A program made the position numbers and the translations under genes. The notes under the pieces were generated by a model. It saw only the letters and a list, made by a program, of their open reading frames with translations, ran no database searches and was not told the DNA's origin. Positions 59,821 to 64,000 of a stretch of 64,000 bases of DNA are shown here, piece by piece (position 1 is the first letter of the stretch; every line of letters starts with the position of its first letter). The DNA is from Kudoa neothunni (Eukaryota > Animalia > Cnidaria), in the NCBI GenBank assembly GCA_964304625.1, contig OZ199838.1:1591927-1655926 (forward strand), in the 5' to 3' direction.

Positions 59821-60614
59821 CCTAATTGGTCAACGACATTACCCGAAACGTGACGATCTAATGTTATACCACCCATGATTCTCCCATAAACTTACTTAAA
59901 TTTAAAATTAAGAATATATAATTATTTTGAAACTTATACAAATGAAATATTTTTTTCATAGATTTATTTATGAGATTGTAATTAATTAGATCACCATTTT
60001 TACCATTGAATTCCTAGATACAGCTTTTATTCGTATACTACATATTTACTTTATTGGTCTATATATTTGTATATACTTATTGTGTATTTAATTTTAAAAA
60101 TATGAACACATTAAAATGAGGACAGTTACACATGCGGGTGTGAGTGAGCGTGCGCAATGTTGGTTGGATCGGGATGATAACTTATTTGTCATATTGTTCT
60201 GTTTGAATTAATATCATTATTAATAGAATTAAAGTATAATATGAGGCATAGATTAATCTGTGAAATTTTATGCTATTGGGAACATTTGAAAATGATTTAT
60301 GGATTTATTTCATTTAAAAACGAAATTTATTATTTAATAGGATTATTTTAATTCAATTGAGAAGTTCTTTTTTAACCCACTAATTTACTAAAAATCGATT
60401 GCACTTGGATGAATTTTGGGGTAAAAAGTTACCTCCGATTTTTATTTCTCCGTTCGAATCATAAAAATTATTTGATTTCAGACAATAAAAATAGGTAAAA
60501 TACAAAAGCTGTATTCAGCTGTAAAATAACTAACATCCCGAAAAGTCATCTTCATAATCGTACGAAAACTGTATTCGTTAAAATCTAAAATCCGCTATGA
60601 CAATTTTTTATTAA

Positions 60615-61560
60615 CCCTTCGAACCACAATATTGCCAAATGACAACATTTTAATTTTATGAGTGTTTTAACCATTTAATTACATTTTTTAAATACATCTT
60701 CATTATAGTAATATAATAGTATAATTAATGTTGATTTTATTTTATAAAAATGAATTGTAAAAATTTGTAGGTTATATATCAAGAGCAATACAGACGAATA
60801 TCGAACTTTAGGCAAACATAAAAAAGACTAAAAGTATCCTGCAATTGAACTTAGAATTTTAAATTTTTAAGTAAAATTAAAAAAATATACACATATACTA
60901 TTAAATAAGTTTATTCTAAAATGAATCTAGGAAGAAGATATGTTTTGATATGTATAGTAATAGAGACAGATTAATCCATGTTACCACTCCACTTGGCAAC
61001 ATTGGGCCCTCGATTTAAGTGTGTTATATTCTTTGGAGTGGACGCCGACTAGATTATGGGGAGAGATAAATAGAGCATACTTTTAAAAAATCATATTGCT
61101 ACCAGATGGACACAAATCAGACAATGAACGCAAAAAATTAAACAATTGATATTTTTGAACAAGTTGTAAATATTATATTTGAATGTTTCACTTATTTCAA
61201 CCGATTCTTCAATGATAGATTATTTGAACATATTTGTATTAAGTGTAATGTACATTTGTGCCTCAATAAAAACAGAAACTGCTTTTTAGACTATCAAAAT
61301 TGTAATAAATAATCCAATATTTCATTTTTGATGGTGGACGAGTAATTTTTCGGTTAAAAGCAAAGTAATATAAGAACGAGCGTATACGCACTCTCGCATA
61401 CTGAAATAAGCGCCGTCCCAATGTTGCCATTTGGCACCATGTGTGTATCTTTTTAGTTTTTGAAATGAGTAATTCAATTTTTGTAAATAATTATATAAAA
61501 TTATTTAAAATTTAATAGAATAAGTAAAAAAAATTTCCAGTTGGAGATTGAAAACTTAAA
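60615..61560 (+). mobile_element. Internally deleted piggyBac relic; right end approximate
   Basis: TTAA|CCCTTCG left end and inverted TTGCCAAATG/CATTTGGCA blocks. 61235-61297 encodes CIKCNVHLCLNKNRNCFLDYQ, the C-terminal Cys-rich motif of piggyBac transposases. Confidence 0.75.
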
Positions 61561-62309
61561 ATTTGCTGAAAAATAGAGGGCTATAAAATAAAAACCTAAT
61601 TTTAATTTTACCATAGAAATATTAAAATTCTTAAAATCTCATATGAGAATTATTAATCGTGATAAAAATTTTATAAAAACAGTAAATTCTTTAAAGGTTA
61701 TTAAGAAAACTTATTTCTCAATTAAATGGCTCTTAAGTAATATTCCATCTAGTTTTCATAAGGAGTGATTACATTAGGAAATCAAAATTAAGCTACTCAT
61801 TTAGAAGGTTACGAGAATACGAAACTAATCAGCAAGATAATTTATTTTTACAATTAGTTTTTTCTCCCCGTTAATTTGTATGCGACTATAATTGGAACAT
61901 TGGTTATCCAATAACTTACGTGTACAGTCCGTATACACCAGGGGTCTCAAAAATGGTCGATATCTGTTATAGAAATCTCACTGAATTTCATGGACTTTTA
62001 AGGTGATGCTTCCCACCATGCTACACTATTTAATAACATTATTTAAAACTACCCCCAACATAACATTGGTTTTCTTATTTTTAATTTTAGGTTAAATCAA
62101 TCTCTAATTTTCCAAGTTACGTAGTTTAATTGGTTCATTTATGTAGAGACACTTTGCAGCTCCTAAAAAACCACCGTTAAATTTTTTTAAATTTAAATGA
62201 TCACAAATATTGATTGTTATCATCGGTATATAAAGTAATAACGATAGTTCACATTAAGTTTATGATTGACTAAGGATAAGTCTTATTTTTATAATTGATT
62301 TTAATCAAA

Positions 62310-63955
62310 ATGACAATAACTACGAAAATTAATAATAATAATAATAATAATCTGCAACTTTGGTTTCAACTCCTGTGGACACTTCGAAAACACTTCAAGC
62401 GACATCGAGCTACGAAACACTATCATAAGGTAAAGATTAAGATATTCTAATTAAGTTTTAGAGACAGTCATGAGTAAATATTAACTTCTCTACATATGAA
62501 GTAACTAGATCTTAAAATCTGCTGTTGTACTTAATTTATGCAAAAGTATATAACCACAATCACATACAACCGACCTAACTTGGTAGATCAATTGAGTATA
62601 ATTTACGATAAAAAATATATTTTTTGTGGTAAATTAGTTAATAAAGTTGTTTTTTGCTATGACTTGTTTATAAATATCTAAAATTTTTCAGATATATTTG
62701 TATGTTACAGTGTTAATAAATGATATTTTTCATCTTATTATATATTGGAAATAGAATATTAATGGATGTATTGCGCATATTTTTAATTGTTCTAGTCAAA
62801 AAAATGAATATACTTTTATATTTTAAATAACCTCTCTGGAGAGAATCGAAGACTAAGTAAATTACCTACGCAAGGGTCAAGGGTCGACGAAAGGAAAATA
62901 GCTATCACAATTATTGTTAGTCGAAAAGAAACCTTAAATTATTTAATCAATGTCTTCATGTATATTTTTCGATACTATATTAAATATAAAAAAATAAAAG
63001 TTAATATACCAATCAAAAAGACAAAACAACTACAGAAATCACACAGAAAAAGTTCACCATAATGCTACGAATATATCGACTTAAACAGAGGATTATTATC
63101 GTTAATCTGAATTAGATTTATTTTGAGAAAAAAATGCCATATATACATCAAATAAGATAGTTTAATAATTTTATCTCACTCAAACAAATTAACAAAAGGT
63201 TGAATTTTCGCCGAATCAACAATCAACGAATTATTTGATTATAAACAACAAGGATTATTTTTATGATAAAAATAGCTAAATTAAGTATTACATAAACAGA
63301 TTACTACAAAATTCCTAAAGTATTAAAAAGTGACTAAGCGACAAACACTTTATTTTTGGATTTCGACTCGAAATAACTCATATGGAGTACCGTATATATA
63401 TATATATATTGATATTGATATATATATATATATACCAGGGATGGCGAAAGTCCGGTTCGCAAGTTGCAATTGGATCTTGGAAGATGAAATGCGACTCTAA
63501 ATAGATTTAGACTTTTTGTTTCACTAAATTTTGCTCATAAAGTTATTGGGGTATTTTGAAAGTCATAGGATCATGCAATTATCCTGAATAAGAACGCATG
63601 AATTAATTATTAAATAAAACCTATCAACAAAATATAAATATTTAAAATCCCGAAAAATTTAAAGTTCATCAAATGTGTTTCACATTTCAAACAAGATTGG
63701 CCATCCCAAATATACACCCCTCTCGAAAAAGTAAGAGTCCAACACATCTAATTCTACATTTATGATTCCATTTAGCGCAAAAAATGGCGTTTAACATAAT
63801 TCATTTCGACAACCTTCAATAATTTGAAATATTTTAATCGTAAATAAAAATAACCTAAACAAAAAAATGCACTTTGGTAATATTTAAATGGAATAATTTT
63901 AGATTAATACAACTATTTATGCAGCAGTCGCGCGCAAGTGACCTTGGAGGAAATG
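62310..63955 (+). CDS. Possible first exons of a secreted or membrane protein running off the window
   Basis: Exon-like 62310-62429 (donor GTAAAG) and 63903-63955 (donor GTGAGT) are phase-compatible: IIIIIIICNFGFNSCGHFENTSSDIELRNTIIR|LIQLFMQQSRASDLGGN. The nearest ATG is one base out of frame. No homology recognised. Confidence 0.3.
63436..63709. mobile_element. hAT-type MITE
   Basis: CAGGGATGGCGAA ... TTGGCCATCCC; 8-bp TSD ATATATAC/ATATACAC. Confidence 0.65.
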
Positions 63956-64000
63956 GTGAGTGACCTGTGTTTTCTTGTGTAGTCGACTAAAGATTGTTTA

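Overview
AT-rich eukaryotic nuclear DNA. It is most likely from a fast-evolving, genome-compacted metazoan such as a parasite (myxozoan-like); this is inferred from C1-C1-C2 PKC, COX6C-like, STAG and GMPR genes with very divergent sequences and mostly 32-110 nt GT-AG introns. Tight gene clusters alternate with transposon-rich spacers. Spliced genes reconstructed by hand: alanine aminotransferase (+), conventional-architecture PKC (+), CISD/CDGSH protein (-), PSMG4 (-) head-to-head with GMP reductase (+), a ~4,000 aa BLTP1/KIAA1109 (-), a MARCH RING-CH ligase (-) head-to-head with cohesin STAG/Scc3 (+), two tiny single-TM mitochondrial-type genes absent from the ORF track (+; one COX6C-like, one possibly ATP synthase subunit e), pescadillo (-), and possibly the start of another gene at the right edge. 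Repeats include tRNA-headed SINEs with a shared 3' tail, hAT, piggyBac and Tc1/pogo-type MITEs, a long-TIR element inside the PKC gene, and two minisatellites. Most notable: (i) one-base +1 frame breaks in conserved coding sequence of STAG (twice) and PES1, each next to a homopolymer and within two codons of a stop (recoding/editing versus assembly error is unresolved); (ii) homology-supported use of distal AAG 3' splice sites past better-looking YAGs; (iii) the hidden OXPHOS microgene pair with an NRF1-like site; (iv) a PKC lacking the Ca2+ and DAG determinants. All homology statements come from my recall of family sequences; no database search was run.
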